Source: Marsupella aquatica (taxonomy: Eukaryota > Plantae > Marchantiophyta). Taken from it: a stretch of DNA of 64,000 nt. Below, piece after piece: positions 1 through 13,465 of the stretch. Below the pieces are notes generated by a model, which saw only the letters and a list, made by a program, of their open reading frames with translations, was not told where the DNA came from and made no database searches. Position numbers and translations under genes: made by a program. The stretch spans positions 5,612,476 through 5,676,475 of the forward strand of contig OZ316892.1 of assembly GCA_973895155.1 (NCBI GenBank), written 5' to 3'. Position 1 is the stretch's first letter, and the number at the start of each line of letters is the position of its first letter.

Positions 1-749
1 GTTGTGTTGAAGCTAGCTTTTCCCCTAGGTTTGCCTTTGTTTCCAAAGGTTGGATTTATCTTTAGTCTTCCATTTAAGCTAAGTGTTCACAATCAAATGA
101 ATCGTCCTCTTCAATGTCCACACTTTCGGGTCTGCATTCTTCAAATTGGAAATCATTGCTTTCCAAGTTAGAAAACCTCTACTAATATACTCATCTCCAT
201 ACTTCTAAAGTGAAAAACAAAATTAAATCGTTTCCCATAATTCCAATTTATCTGTATAACATGCATGCTGCCAAAAAATGAAAGGCTTCCAACTGAGAGA
301 CACTACCTCACAGGCGAGAGACTCAATCAAGGGGAGGCAACCAAAGAGCCAAAAACCCAAGGGACCTGGCTGAATCTAGGGGGCTAATTGTTGAGATACC
401 CAGGGCCCACACGTTTGGTTCAAACCCAGAACATTTAGTATCTAGCTCTTGTTAGTTGCCCTGATCAGCAGGCTAAATTCTTTCTATTAGAAAATCCAAG
501 AAGGGCATAATCTGTTTAGACATCTTCATGACCAACATCTCTTTTGACAGACAGAGACAAGGATTGCAAAGTAATTTGACTGGGTGAGTGTGACATTAAA
601 AGAGTGTTAATTGATAATTATGGGCATAGTTACTTTCTGATATTGATCCCCGAATAGATCACACAGTCAAGTTCTGGCTGACACGAGTGCCATGCATTGA
701 AATACCTGTATTTAGATAATTGCATATCCAAATGTGACAATATATTATG

Positions 750-1820
750 GACTATGAATAACCATTTAAAAAGATTCAACCATGTCACTATGAAATGTAC
801 TATGAATAACCATTAAAAAATTCAACCATGTCACTCGAGATGTCACTATGAAACTACGGAAGTGGGACCACTTGCACTAGACTGCATTCTTATCTTAATT
901 ATCTCTTTAGTAATAACAACTAGTGACCTCCTTTCTCACTTCAAGCGGACTGACACAAAGATAAAAAAAGACGTAGTTAGTAAACCACACCTGTGTAATA
1001 TATAGTTACTCTAGTTTGTGGTAACCTGTAGTACTAATTTCAGGTGAACATGCTATATCTATATGGAGAATCCACCTTTTAGATTTTGTCTTATTCATAT
1101 TTTCAGTCATATATTTTTATTTTTATTTTGATGTACCATTACTAGGTGTATCATTTGTGTTTGGGTTTGTGTTATCTAGATTAGGAATGAATTTTTGTAT
1201 CCCTTTTAATTTTTGCTGTCCTAGAGTTCATTTTGACACGACTCTTTGCTACTCTCCGCATATACTTTACCCCCGACTTTACCACCAATTTTAAACTTCT
1301 ACCAGTTGAGAGAAGAAGTTTTAACTGTTCTCATGAGCGAGATAAATGAATTTGAGCAATATATGTTGACAACTAGTGTCTTAGGTTCCCCCCATGGTTA
1401 GGTTTCCTAAACTTATGGTTTTGATTGAAGTGATTGTCATTACCTCATGCAAGTGAATATGTGTACCTTATGTGCACAACTATTCAATATCTTTATTTCA
1501 TATCCACAAGACTTGTAATGGGCACAACTATTCATATCTTTATTTCATATCCACAAGACTTGTACTTTTCCTGATCATTATGCATATTTATTTGCTTGTG
1601 CCCTATTTCTAGGTTTGTATCCCACTCAAGATACTCTTTTCTTTGCATATACTATACTTCTACTATTGTATTTTATTGTAAAAAAATTAAATGTCTTACA
1701 CATATCACTACAAGACAAAAAAAACAAAGCATGTACATATCACTACAAGACAAAAAAAACAAAACATGTTCTAGGATGAACATGCTATAATTGTAACCTG
1801 CAGTACTAATTTCAGGTGAA
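750..1820. repeat. AT-rich degenerate repeat region with several short tandem duplications; related to an inverted copy at ~55320-55620
   Basis: Tandem duplications near 751-835 (actatgaataaccatt...ttcaaccatgtcact x2), 1474-1564 (gcacaactattc...ccacaagacttgta x2) and 1700-1765 (catatcactacaagacaaaaaaaacaaa x2). A 28-bp direct repeat gtaacctg(t/c)agtactaatttcaggtgaa occurs at 1021 and 1793. Confidence 0.7.
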
Positions 1821-2527
1821 GTGGAATTGTGTATACTAAAGAGCATATTTTATTTTTGGATATTTTTGAGTATGGGTGTCATCTCATTAGTTCACCCTAG
1901 GGGGTGGTCTCACTGAGATCTACGTCCCACAAAATACTGCATCTAAATTTACTTAAATTTTTTTTAAGTAGTCACCAAAAGTGGGTTAAGGGTACAAAGA
2001 CCCAAGACTTGGCAGTGAGTAAACGGGACTAGGTGTACTGTTCACCAACTAGGCAAAACAAAGGTGCCCCTTTTATAGCGGGGATTGTGGTTTAAGCAGA
2101 TTTGAGTATGGCTCAGAAAGAGACCCTTAGGTGTGACTGTGTCAATCATGAGTTGACTGCCCAATTCGCCCCTTAATTAAATTGCCAACATAATACAGCA
2201 CAAGTAAACAGGTAAGCCTGTTATTGTGGAATTCTTTTGAGCATGACAACATTCAGCAAGTGGTCATCCCTGTGGTCATTCAAGGATACTATCATACTAC
2301 TATCCCAAGGTTTCTATTTTTGTGAAGAGCAATCAGCATATTTAGCTTACTGGCTTGCTTTGACAAATAAGTTCTTAGATCAACCTTGGAGGGTGTACAA
2401 TTTCTTGAGTCGTCCTTTGAGACTGTCCATAATCACACCTATTATTTGTTGCCTTACCAAAAGCCAGCCCACCCAACAAAGGATAGACTACCAACTCTGA
2501 TGCACCTCTGTAGAGTAGCCCACAAGA

Positions 2528-2548
2528 GGGGGGGGGGGGGGGGGGGGG
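2528..2548 (+). repeat. G21 homopolymer
   Basis: 21 consecutive G. Confidence 0.95.
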
Positions 2549-2810
2549 CTGCACACACTCCCTTCACAACCCTTGCATGTGGAGGGGGATTGAACCTGGA
2601 CCTAGCCAGTTGGTTAAATAATCATATTTATTATTTTACTTGTGGTTGTAGTGACTCGAGTTTGTATGGGCTTCGAGATTCAACAGGCATTGGCGAACAA
2701 CAGCAGTGAAAGAAAAACACAGAGAAAAACACAGAGACGTACACTTTGTCAGGCACCAATGACCCCCTAACGAATTCTATGATCAGATGTGGCGCTCCCT
2801 GCGACTGAGA

Positions 2811-2832
2811 CTCTCTCTCTCTCTCTCTCTCT
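2811..2832. repeat. (CT)11 microsatellite
   Basis: Direct reading. Confidence 0.9.
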
Positions 2833-4600
2833 GCAGCTGGGCAGAATTCCGCTCCATGCAAAGCCATTTCCGATCGACCTTTTTACGTGAGCTTCGGCGA
2901 AGAGAATTGCGAAGCTGCTGCTGTTGTTTCTTTTTGCAGGCTCCTCAGAAGCTGTTCCAGCTCCAGCAGCACAGCAGTACTGCACTGCCGTCTCCAGTGC
3001 TCCAGGCGTATTGAAGAAAGGAACGTGGTCTCGCCTGCTAGCATTGGCTGGGACAAGCTATGGTAGACTTCGACCGTAGGCAGTTATCGGCACAGTACAT
3101 TGTGTGACCTCTTCGGAGTTCGAACGAATCAACTGTAGATCGATTAAAGCAATCAAGCAAACTGGCCGCCCTTCATCACCACAATTTAATGGCAATGGCC
3201 TTGCTTGCAGAGTCCAGAAGGTGTAAGGAGGATGTCGTCGCCGTGACAACAAACAACAGTATGATTTGTTAGTGCATTTGTTAGTGCAAAATTTTGATGG
3301 ATGTTCGGTCGACCCAGTTATGGGCTCTGCGCGGCTGGTCATGATGGTCCGGTTTTGTTGCCGAGTCTCTGCGCTGCTATACGGCGCGCAGTACTGTTCA
3401 TTCTGTGGTTTTGTTCAGCCCATTCACACCACGTCTCAAGCCGTCATGCACAGAATTTACTTGCGTACACCAGGCTTCGAACACTAGCCGGATTGCTGAT
3501 GCTGGAATTTTTGAAAGGCTGGGTGGCAGGGTCCCGTCATCCACAATCTTACTTGAGTGTGCAGTGTCGTTCTCTTTGCGACTGAACCATTCTGCTTATA
3601 AATCCGTTGAGTGAAACACAGTACAGCTTGAGGGCAGCTCAGGTATGACTGTATCCAATTTTACGCTGCAGTGGCCTTCAATGACTGTAACACGACTTCT
3701 GAACTAGCGGGAGAAACCTCTGGTTCAGAATCAGAAATGGGGTGTCAAATTTGTCTGCCAGGAAAGTTGGCTGAAGGAAGAATTCAAGGGGTCCGAAGAT
3801 ATCCTAAGTCTATTCACAAGAGAATAAACAATCGTAGCCTAGGGCGTATGGAAACGTCTGGTGAAGTCAAAAGTTCTTTGAGCAATACACTCTGGTGACC
3901 ATGATGAGCCTGAACAAGCCACCGAACTTGCAAGAATTCTGATCATGTGATTACAAAGCAGCAAGCATGAAGAAGACAAATCCACGAAGAAAATTCTCGT
4001 TTCAAAATGTCTATTCGGAGATCACGCCATTCTTGTCGGTCCAAATGTTTGACGCCTTCGAATCATGATGTGTGATAATCTTGTGTAAAAGCTGCAATTT
4101 AGTTGAACGAAATTCTACCGCTCCGAAGCCATAATAACAAGGGCTTTAACTATTGCAAAAGCTGGCGTCCTTCTCATCGTAGACAAGCGCAAAAGCGCAG
4201 TACTTTGGCTTTCATAGTCTGCACCCCGGCAAATTCCCGGTTGGTGAAACTCTCCTCTCATTCCACGGACGGTGTCTCCATAATTCCGTCCTGTACTGCA
4301 GAATATACAGCCGTCGAAACGGCATGTACATCACCCGATTCACCCCTTCGTTGCCGCCTTGGAAATTAAGAAGTCGGAAGAAAGTGGGCTAAGAATACGA
4401 CTACTATACTGTGAAGGCTGCATTGAAGTGGCCGTCAAGTGAAGGAAGCTCACTGTCACCTGGAGATCGACCTTGGGAATGGAAGGTCCCTATCGCATCT
4501 AACACCGCTGACGCGGCGTTGTGAATAGTAAGCTGATGACCAGGCTGGGTACCGCTGAAAGGGAGGTAAGTATATGCTCTGTCAGTGATAATAATTCATA

Positions 4601-4770
4601 ATCGGCGCACAAGACCCTTGCCTGGATAGACTCTTCATTCCATGATTCCGTACTCTCAATTCCATGATTCCGTCATTGAGCGCGGTCGGCGCACAAGACC
4701 CTTGACTGGATAGACTCTCCATTCCATGATTCCGTCATCGCAAGCGTTATCGGCGCACAAGACCCTTGCC
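4601..4770. repeat. Degenerate minisatellite with three copies of TCGGCGCACAAGACCCTTG
   Basis: Exact 19-mer at 4602, 4686 and 4750. The intervening segments share TGGATAGACTCT and TTCCATGATTCCGT. Confidence 0.9.
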
Positions 4771-7700
4771 TTTCTGGAATAGTTCCGAATCGTTCTCTCG
4801 GGCACTTTTTATCAATTATGGGATGGGATGGTCTCCGCACAAGACTCATCTTTCTGGGATCTTCCCTAGAGCACTGCAAATGTAGGAATTGACTGCACAC
4901 AAGAGTCTCGCTTTGTAGCACGAATTTGGAAAGTCACAATCCGACTCTAAACTTTAGACCACCCGTTGGAGGAAATATATGTCGTCGCCGAGATGATTAC
5001 CCTGACAATATATATAATAAGAGGAGTGTGCATACATGCATACTGTGCAGACACAACGCGGACTGACAGAATTAGCTCTTCAGTTGACAGTCACCTTGCT
5101 GATAAGCTAGTATGGCATCATGCATGGTCTACATTTATTCTAATTTCTCTGTGTGTCTCTTAGAATTCGATCTTCCACTTGCCAATGCATCGATCGATCC
5201 AGGAAAGCCAATGATACTTCGGGATTTTGGCTTCGGGATTTCTGAAGAAAGTTACATGCGTTGAAACTTCTTTTTCTTGTTTCTGGTTGGTTAAGTCAAA
5301 ACACGGAAAGAAACATTTAAAGTTTTGGACTGGAGAAATGTGCAATTGTGACGGTTTGAAGAGCGGATGAATCGTACGTATTGGTAACAATTGAAACCCA
5401 GACCTAATCCGTATGAAGGTCAAATCACTCGCTACACGACGGACAATGCCAGAACAGAACACTCAGAGAAAATAATTAATGCGAAGAACTCTTACAAATG
5501 ATGTCTTCAAAAGCGAGGCATGGAAGAAATATAATAGCGTCAGCGTAGTCATGACAAATTCCTGGTCTCACAATCCTTGATTAAAGCAAAAGAGGTTCTA
5601 GAAACGCGTCTGACCGTACTTGACGACGAGGACCACTAGTACTGCGACGTTTGTTGTGGATCAGGAGAAGCTCGACGGGTGTGACAGAATATGGCAAGTT
5701 GTGCTAATCCAGTAACTCAAATGATGTGACAGAGCATCAGCATTTCATCTTCATATACGTGAGGAAAGAGAAATTCCTGGAATGAGTCAAGGAAACCATA
5801 TTTAACCAGTACAGTATTCTACTTTAATTTCGGAATTCTGGTCTTATCAAGATGGTTTAGGAGTCTTTCACCAAGATTCTCACGTACTACGGAGTAAAAC
5901 TGGATTACAACAGGGAACTACATTTACGTAGTAGACTAGCTATTTGCTCACTATCTTGTACTTTCCAATAGTTACCCAGAGGATACGCCCAAGCCAATGT
6001 TTGTCCCACCCTGTGCCCAATATTAATTAGCAAAATGAAGACAGTGGGAATTTCTCTTTGTACTTTAAAATGGAATACTGAAGGCAAAAGGACTCAAGAA
6101 AGGTTGAATGCATGTTTGTATTGTCAAGGTCTAGTAGGGTCAGATCAGGATCCATGACGTGACACAAAGAGAGACCGGTGTTCAATTTTCTTATATAATT
6201 ATCTCTTCCGGATCAGAGTGGTAGATTGAAGCGAAGGGGACGGCTGCCTTGTGAAAGCGACAACTCAAGGCCGAGGTGGTCCCAACGTTACAACGATTGC
6301 GAGCACATATATCGTGTTCACAATCTGATATGCACAGACCGGCAGAAGAGCACCATCAGAAAGGATGAATTCAATGAGAGACGTGACACACCCAGAGATA
6401 CTAACTAACGGGAGAAATTAAAACAGACTATGACGAGACGAGCACGTGGAATCGATGCATTACATGCTATCGAAATTTTATATATTTAAACCATTGTTGA
6501 GATTTTATAGAAAGACATTTTTAACGTAAGGATTTGCAGACTGTACGTGATGCCTTTGACATGTCAGATCGCTCATCGTCTCGTTGATCGACAAGTCATG
6601 TCAAAATGATTTTTATGATTTTCATCAACAACTCGAAAGGGGAGGTGAAATGCAGTGTCGATGATAGATAACGAGAACCATGATCTGTACAAAGAATCGC
6701 TACGGAAGAATATCCATGTGAAATGATGGGAAACATCATAGCCTAGAGAACGGATACGGGAATGATTATGATCTTTCCGAAGTGGCTATCGAAACGCAGA
6801 AATGATTGGCAATATGATTGTCTAGCTAACGGACGTCGACGAGAAATAATAACATTAAAAAAGGACAGCATGGTACAGTACTGTACTCAGAGAAAATGGA
6901 TGCCGAGCAGTGTACTAGACAAGAGAATTTTTTATGTTGAAGCCAAGCAACCTTCTGTAGCATGGATGGAAATGGAGCAGGTCACGAAAAGCCTGTAAGT
7001 TGGCAGGTCAACTCCAGAAGACGAGCTGTGAACAGGAGATCAGAGAGTTAATTTATGCCGTGCCTTCACCGTCACCGCTTCGATTGGTGCTACTCAGGGA
7101 TTGAGGTATGGGCTCGGCTGTCCCGTTCTTCTAGTCGTGCTACTCTACTCAGGAGTCTACTCTTCTGGGCTCGACTGGGCAGGGGTGAGGCAGGTAAAGT
7201 TTCACAGGGTGAGGATAGCGCGCACCCACAATGTGTTATGAGTACAAACTACGACTGTGGGCCCATCTCGATCCGTTTTTTTCTTTAATCCGTTTCGGCG
7301 TCTGTGACCCAATAGCCTGCCAGTATTTGCACCGATAGTCAAGGCTGAAGCGTGTCCCGGTCGATGCCTGCCTATGCCCGTTATGAACACAAGTACTAGC
7401 TTTTGAACTTTTGGAGCTGACCCAGAAGGTCCATATGTGAATATTTGCTCAGTAAGTACGTTCGGGTTTGATGCGAGTGCTAGTAGCAGCCTATACACCT
7501 CTTCCAAGGTTTAAAGCCTGAAACGCAGTCTAAGCTTGAGTTTTGGTGCACTGTAATGATGTTCTGCATTTGCTTATAACTGTATAAGCTCGTGTGTAAG
7601 CTGTCCCTTTAGACAAGCTCATGGATTTACAGTTTCACAACTTTGGTCCATAGGCTCCAAGAAATTCTGACTGGTTAGGAAGAATTTTTAAGTTGACCAA

Positions 7701-10010
7701 CTGGGACACAGTAGCTACTCAACACCTACAAGTCATGGCATGCGTGATTCATCGTTACTTTAGCCATGACATAAACTGAAAACTCACCAGAATGATGATC
7801 AATACCCAACTAAGACCAAAATACTGACATTGAAGCTCGACATGATTTCATTCTTGTATGTAGCGTCGAAATGTAGACAAGGCAGTAACTGCATGTACGA
7901 GAGACCTTGAATTTCTACTTCTATTCTTCTCTTCCTTCTCTTTGCTAGGAGTGATCTTTTCAAATTATTCTCTATCGAAAAGCTGGCAAGCCAATCGCAG
8001 CACATCACTATTGTCTTGGTCGGCTCTGGCCATTCGTGCGCAGGAACTGGTAATGCTCTGAATGGAAACATGCAAGGATTACTGATTTTAGTGAGTGTGA
8101 TGATGCAGTTGTCGGGTGGAGTGGAGTGGAGTGGTTTGTGTCTCTCTGGACTTCTTGTTCAGGTCTTCAGACCCATGGACTGGAAGAAAACTCAAATGTC
8201 TTTACCTATGTCAGCTCACTGAGACTAGCTGCTGTGGAGAGCTCGGGTCCATGCAGAAAGCTCTCATTGAGCTGCCCGATACAAGCAAGAAAGCTAACAA
8301 CCCAGCTGACTCAACAGACATGTCTTACTTCTCGCCCAATTCACGTACAAAGGGCAGATTTCAATGTGTCAGTTCTGTCGTCGTCTACCCGTGTAAGAAC
8401 TCGGGAAAATTTAAGAATTCAATACTGAAACTGCAGTCGAGACGTTCCTACAATGATTTTATTTTACACATTTTACACATCCTACAATTTTTCTGCGTCG
8501 GGTGAGGTTTCTCTACGCAAAATCTAGCCTTTTGCAGTGCGACAGGGTGATGAATGGCCAAAATTAATGGGAAAAAAACATGCCGGTGGATCGAAGAGCG
8601 GCGCGTCTGTGCACAACCAGCTTGATGAACCATTCTTGATTCTTCGTACAGCTTCGGGACTGCTATGTTCCCTTTTCCCTTTTCGAGCTGTGACCTATGC
8701 GAGGCCTCCAGCTGCTCTTCGTCGGAGCTATGATTGCTCTGTGATATTTCTTTTCAAGGCCCATCAAGCCGATGAATCGTTTAATTTACAGTACCAAGAA
8801 GAAGCAGCTTTCTGTGTTATTTTTTAATTCTTCCAAGGAACGGGGACCACTCCAAAGGGGACAAAGGTGACAGGACCAGAAGCAGAATGCAACTGACTCA
8901 CCATAGCTAGATAGAAATTCACATCCGTAGACATAGAGTAGCTCTAATTACCAGACTGTCCCCGCCCTGAAACGGGAGTGGCTCCTGACAAGCCAAAGGA
9001 AACGGTGGAAACCAATAGAACGAAGAGTATGGCAATGTGGCCCTGTCCACTCAACTCCCGGGTCTAATCTAAGACAACCACAGAGAATGGGGGAGCTATA
9101 GAGGGCCTCTTGCTTCCTACCGAATACAGTCTCATATGGTAGAATTCAAAGCTCCACAAAGGAGCAGTGCAAAATCCGTCGTTCAGAATTGGGGCCCAGG
9201 GAAGTCAAAGCAAGAGTCTGTCCTATTGTCATAGACAACGTTACTTGCAATAAAGGATATATCAGCGGGTTGGCTGCATGTGGATTCTAGACCATTGACA
9301 AACAGTTGCAGCTAGGCTGCCTTCTTGGAGCTCTCAGTGATAGAAGAAGGGCTACAAGCTGCCGTACGTCGAGTTTCCCGATAGCTAAGATACAGAGACA
9401 CTCAGTTACAATTGGTAGAGCGCCAAATTGATTCCTTTCCTTCCTGCCAGATCTGTTGCAACATACTACTACGACGTGATTGGACTAGAATCAATCTTCT
9501 TAGACAGTCAGAGCGCCACTGTGAATGCGTCGGAACAAAGTCGAGGTAATTTGGGACTGCGTCGAAAATTGGTTCGTGTGTCGGTGCAACATTTCACCGA
9601 TCACTCAAAACAAATAGTGTGGGTAACGCTAACCTCAAGCCCGATCTCACATGGACAAAGAAATCAGGAACTCACACTGACCCACTATATTATTTTGTTC
9701 ATTAATTTACACTGTTTACCTGCACATGAAATAAAATTAAATGTCATTGGCACTATCTGTGGGGTTAACTTTCCACAGTCATCACCCTTCTGCCAACTGG
9801 CGGACCATGGTCGCCATACAAACTGTTTGGGAGTGACACCTCTTAACTGTTCGATTGAATTCTTCATTTGTTTTAACCATCTTGATCGTTGAATGTCCTC
9901 TCGGGAAATATATATCTGCGTGGTGGGGGCCGAGTCAGGCACCCAATGCACGATGGAGAAGTGGGTGCCGGTGAGGGGCAAGGAAGGCCAGGGGGAAAAG
10001 AAAAGGCGGT

Positions 10011-10044
10011 GGGGGCAGGAGGGATGGGGAATGGGGAATTGGGG
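10011..10044 (+). other. Putative G-quadruplex motif
   Basis: GGGGG-cagga-GGG-at-GGGG-aat-GGGG-aatt-GGGG: five G-runs with short loops. Confidence 0.6.
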
Positions 10045-12060
10045 ATGGACGTTTGTCGGGAAGAAAAGGGTGCCTAGCAAGAGAAACACATTTCTTGAAC
10101 CCTATCTCGATCTGCAATTATATCACTGCTTGCTAATCTTGTTAATCGCATATCATCCTTCTATGTTATTCCTTTCCTACTTGACACCTAGTTATGCGTT
10201 GGAGTCGTTAATTTCCTTAGTTCGTGCATTTATCGTCCATTTTCCTTTTGTCTCGCCAAGTTTTGCCTGTGTTGCTTTAGTTTACTTGGGCATTCCTCGT
10301 AGTAGTAGAACCATTAGGGCTTCTATTCGATTTGCCCGTGTCAACAAAGTAGTAAGGAATTTCTTCCATCAGCTAGATTTTTAGAAGTAATTGCTCGATC
10401 TTTCTGGTGGTATCAGCGGGTGTAATCGATTGAACATCATTCGCTGAAAACTGAACACCTTCCCAGCTTGCTGCCCAATAATATATGTGCCTCTACTGAT
10501 GGTGTCAGTCCAGAGTCCTCTCGTTGACAACACTCCAACTTGGAATTCCCGGACTGGCAGTTTTCGTGGAATTCTTGTTCTCGTAGAAAAGTTGTCTTGA
10601 AGACTTGCAATATCTCATCATCAGTCTGCACAGAAAACCAATTCATGTGCATGTTCGTGCTCCTTTTTAGCTTTTATATATGCATAAGAAAATTGAAGCA
10701 CCTGCTACTAGAATTGAAAACCATCCCCTAGAATTAAACCTAACACTCATTTCTATGCTTTCAGCTAGCCTCAGTTCTCCCCACTTGTACAACTATATTC
10801 CATCAAATGGATCTTCCGATTCAACAATGTCCGTCTAAATAACAAAGTAGGATCAAAAGCTGCTTCCTCAGCCTATTGTCTAGAGTGAAGCCTCTAGATT
10901 GTAACTAAATGAGGGCATATTAACTGAAAGTGACTTAACCAAGCGAGGCCATAACTGAAAGTGAGGGTGTAGATGCACAAAAAACAAGGATGGGGCAAAG
11001 ATGAATGGGAAATAAGGTGGCATCCTTTTTTCTGCAAGGTTTTTTTGTTTCCTCTCCTCATCTCTAGTTAGGTTCAAGGAACAGGTAACATGCTAGTCGC
11101 TTCAATTATTTGGCCTTGCTTGCCATCTCAGTAAACTTTGAACTCAATTGACAAACCCGTCCTTGCATATGGACACCTTTTGCCCCAACACCCTAGGCCA
11201 ATTTGGCATTTTGTCTCCTTGTTGTGGTTCTTACCTAACTCCATTGCCTCAACTACTCTCCATATTGAGTCCATATTAACTGTCTTCCTACACCAATAAT
11301 ATGGGCTTACTGAGAAGGTGGCTAAGACATGGGAAGTCGTCATCTTAGGAAGTTGGTGTAAAGGTACACCCCATATCCTAGAGGTGAACACTAACCCAAG
11401 ATGGCACATGATTGATTAGTGCACACATGGAGGATTGCAATTTGCTTGCACTATGCCCCTCCATCAGTACCCTCATTTTGGACCAGTTCCAAATCTGATA
11501 CTCATGGGAAAACGGGTGTCAATTGTTGTCCACTAGCAAAAACCACTGCATTTTGGTCTCCCTCTTTTCCCCCACTTTCATTGTAGGTCAAAGGGAGTTA
11601 GCTTGGACAAATTATGAGCCTCTATATATGTGTCCTCTGAGCAGCAATTCTGTGTCATTTGGATTAGTTTATAGTTCACCCACATACAAAATGAGGGGCA
11701 ACTTGATAGTTGTAGTTCTGCTGTCCAAAGGTTATTATAGTAATTAGTAATTTTGACTAGGTTGCCGGGGGTCAGGGAAAAAAATATATATTGAATATTA
11801 TATCATCCCTCCAAATCTTAAGTCAAAGTTTTATTTTTATCATATTCAAATACATTTGAAATTTACTGATTTATCTGGATTGTAAAATTTGAGCCCCATC
11901 TAGCCATTCATTTTATAGTTTTCTCCCTGAAATTGAATTCTGAAAAGTCTCCCAAAAAATTTCAACCTAATGGTCTTACTGTTCAAGGGGATATTTTGGC
12001 TCAAGAGGTCATTTGAGAAACCCATGATGGCCTAAATTCAAACCCAGAGAAATTTGAGAA

Positions 12061-12185
12061 ACTGACCTATAGCCCCATCATCCCTGTACCATCATCAGTT
12101 CCAGTGCGGGTCATTTTTAAACACCCTCCCTTGAGCCACAGTCATCTCAAGAGAAATTCCTGATCTTTAACTCTAATATCATGTT
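12061..12185 (-). mobile_element. Inverted partial TRIM copy (LTR end, PBS, internal part, PPT, LTR 5' half)
   Basis: Reverse complement reads aaca-TGATATTAGAGT (degenerate tRNA-iMet PBS)-aaagatcaggaa...tgtggctcaa-GGGAGGG-tgtttaaaaatgacc...gatgatggggctataggtcagt, colinear with the plus-strand units. Confidence 0.75.
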
Positions 12186-12240
12186 CATTGAGAATTTCAA
12201 CTGGAGGGATGTGTACAGGGAAGGTCATACCTTCCTCCTG

Positions 12241-12704
12241 TGGGACCTCCTATGTTCAATTCCTAGTGGGTCCATGTTGTTAAAAGTTCCAACATGGTAT
12301 CAGAGTCAATGATTAGGAATTTGTCTTGAAACAAGTGTGGCTCCATCACGGGAGGGTGCTGGAAATGAACCACACTCAAACCAGAGATGCCAGAGATGAT
12401 GCAGGCATGAGGGGCTTGTAGCTCAATGGTAGGGCAGAACAATGTACATGGGAGGTCCTCCATTCAATTCCCAGATGGTCCATGGTGTTGAAACTTCCAA
12501 CATGATTTCAGAGCCAAAGATCAGGATAGAATGTCTCCTTAAGCAATTGTGGCTCTGACAAGGGAGGGTGTTCCAAATGAACCATACTTATCTTGATGAT
12601 CGTGCAAGAATGATGCGTCTTTAGCTCAATGGTAGAGCACTACCACTTACACTGAAGCTCCTAGGTTCAATTTCTGGCCAGCCATGCTCTTGAAAGTTCC
12701 AACA
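12241..12704 (+). mobile_element. Tandem TRIM (miniature non-autonomous LTR retrotransposon) array with tRNA-derived LTRs
   Basis: LTR1 3' part ends TTCCAACA at 12294; PBS TGGTATCAGAGT 12295; PPT GGGAGGG; LTR2 12357-12502 (TGCTGGAA...TTCCAACA); PBS TGATTTCAGAGCC 12503; PPT AAGGGAGGG; LTR3 12569-12704 (TGTTCCAA...TTCCAACA). The internal parts are only 62 and 66 bp. A further LTR fragment lies at ~12785-12830. Confidence 0.85.
12412..12482 (+). pseudogene. tRNA-like 71-nt cassette inside the TRIM LTR (not a functional tRNA gene); also at ~12617-12684, ~12798-12830 (5' half) and ~12241-12274 (3' half)
   Basis: GGGCTTG-TA-GCTCAATGGTAGGGC (A box/D arm)...GGAGGTC-CTCCATTCAATTCCCAGA-TGGTCCA. The consensus of copies gives A box TAGCTCA(A/G)TGG and B box GGTTCAATTCC. 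The anticodon position reads TAC in two copies (TGTACAT, CTTACAC). Confidence 0.75.
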
Positions 12705-13465
12705 GTTTCCAAAGAAAAGGTGGCCTTGCTTCAAGTGCTGTGAAATTACTCCTTGATGTTCCTTGATGTAGTGACAGGTTTATGGTGCACGGATGATGGG
12801 CCTGTAGCTCAGTGGCAGAGCACTATATGTAGAGTTACGAACGTTTGAAATACGCATGTTTAACAGCAGATCGAACAGATGATCTGTTTAGAATTTTGAG
12901 CTGAGCACGGCAGGGAAAACAACTTCAATGAAGTTTTGGACAGAGCATAATGGTATGATGAACGTGATTGCATTGTGGATTCTGTTCTTTACAATTGGGG
13001 CAGCGAATGCAATGGTACTAGGTCAGTGACTCATGAAGACATCTGCTAGGGACCTTCCAACAATTGACCCCACAGTGATCTTTACAATTCCAGAGTCCAC
13101 AAACTACGAACCTCTCTCGCTACCTCTCTTTGACAAAAGAGGTCACTCGCTTTCTCTCTCCGGCCAGAGTTGGGGGCAGGACAATTCTCTCTCCTTCCAC
13201 CTCCGTTTGGTTTGCGCAGGTGACCCCATTAACAAACGGCAGCAGAAGAGTAGTTCCATCTTTTAACATTATAGCTAGATTTAAGCATCTCCTCCTGCCA
13301 CTGGGGTGGTAGTTGACATATTATATTATATGACGAAGCAATCCAAGAGAGCGAAATTCCTGAGCTACTGTGTCAACACTAGTCGTCTAAAATTTAGAGG
13401 TTAAAGTAGTTGAGTGTACCCTATCCACCTGTAACTTTAACAGGCGTTCCAACCAGAGACATTAT

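Noticed and set aside
2580-2620. Minus-strand B box (GGTTCAATCCC) suggesting a SINE next to the G21 run
   Set aside because: No properly spaced A box, tail or TSD could be identified.
4602-4770. Three exact 19-bp repeats with 65- and 45-bp spacers, superficially CRISPR-like
   Set aside because: The spacers are homologous to each other and unequal in length, there are no cas genes, and the context is eukaryotic: it is a minisatellite.
12412-12482. Functional tRNA gene
   Set aside because: Stems and B box are degenerate and differ between copies, there is no oligo-T terminator, and the cassette is embedded in LTRs between PPT and PBS.
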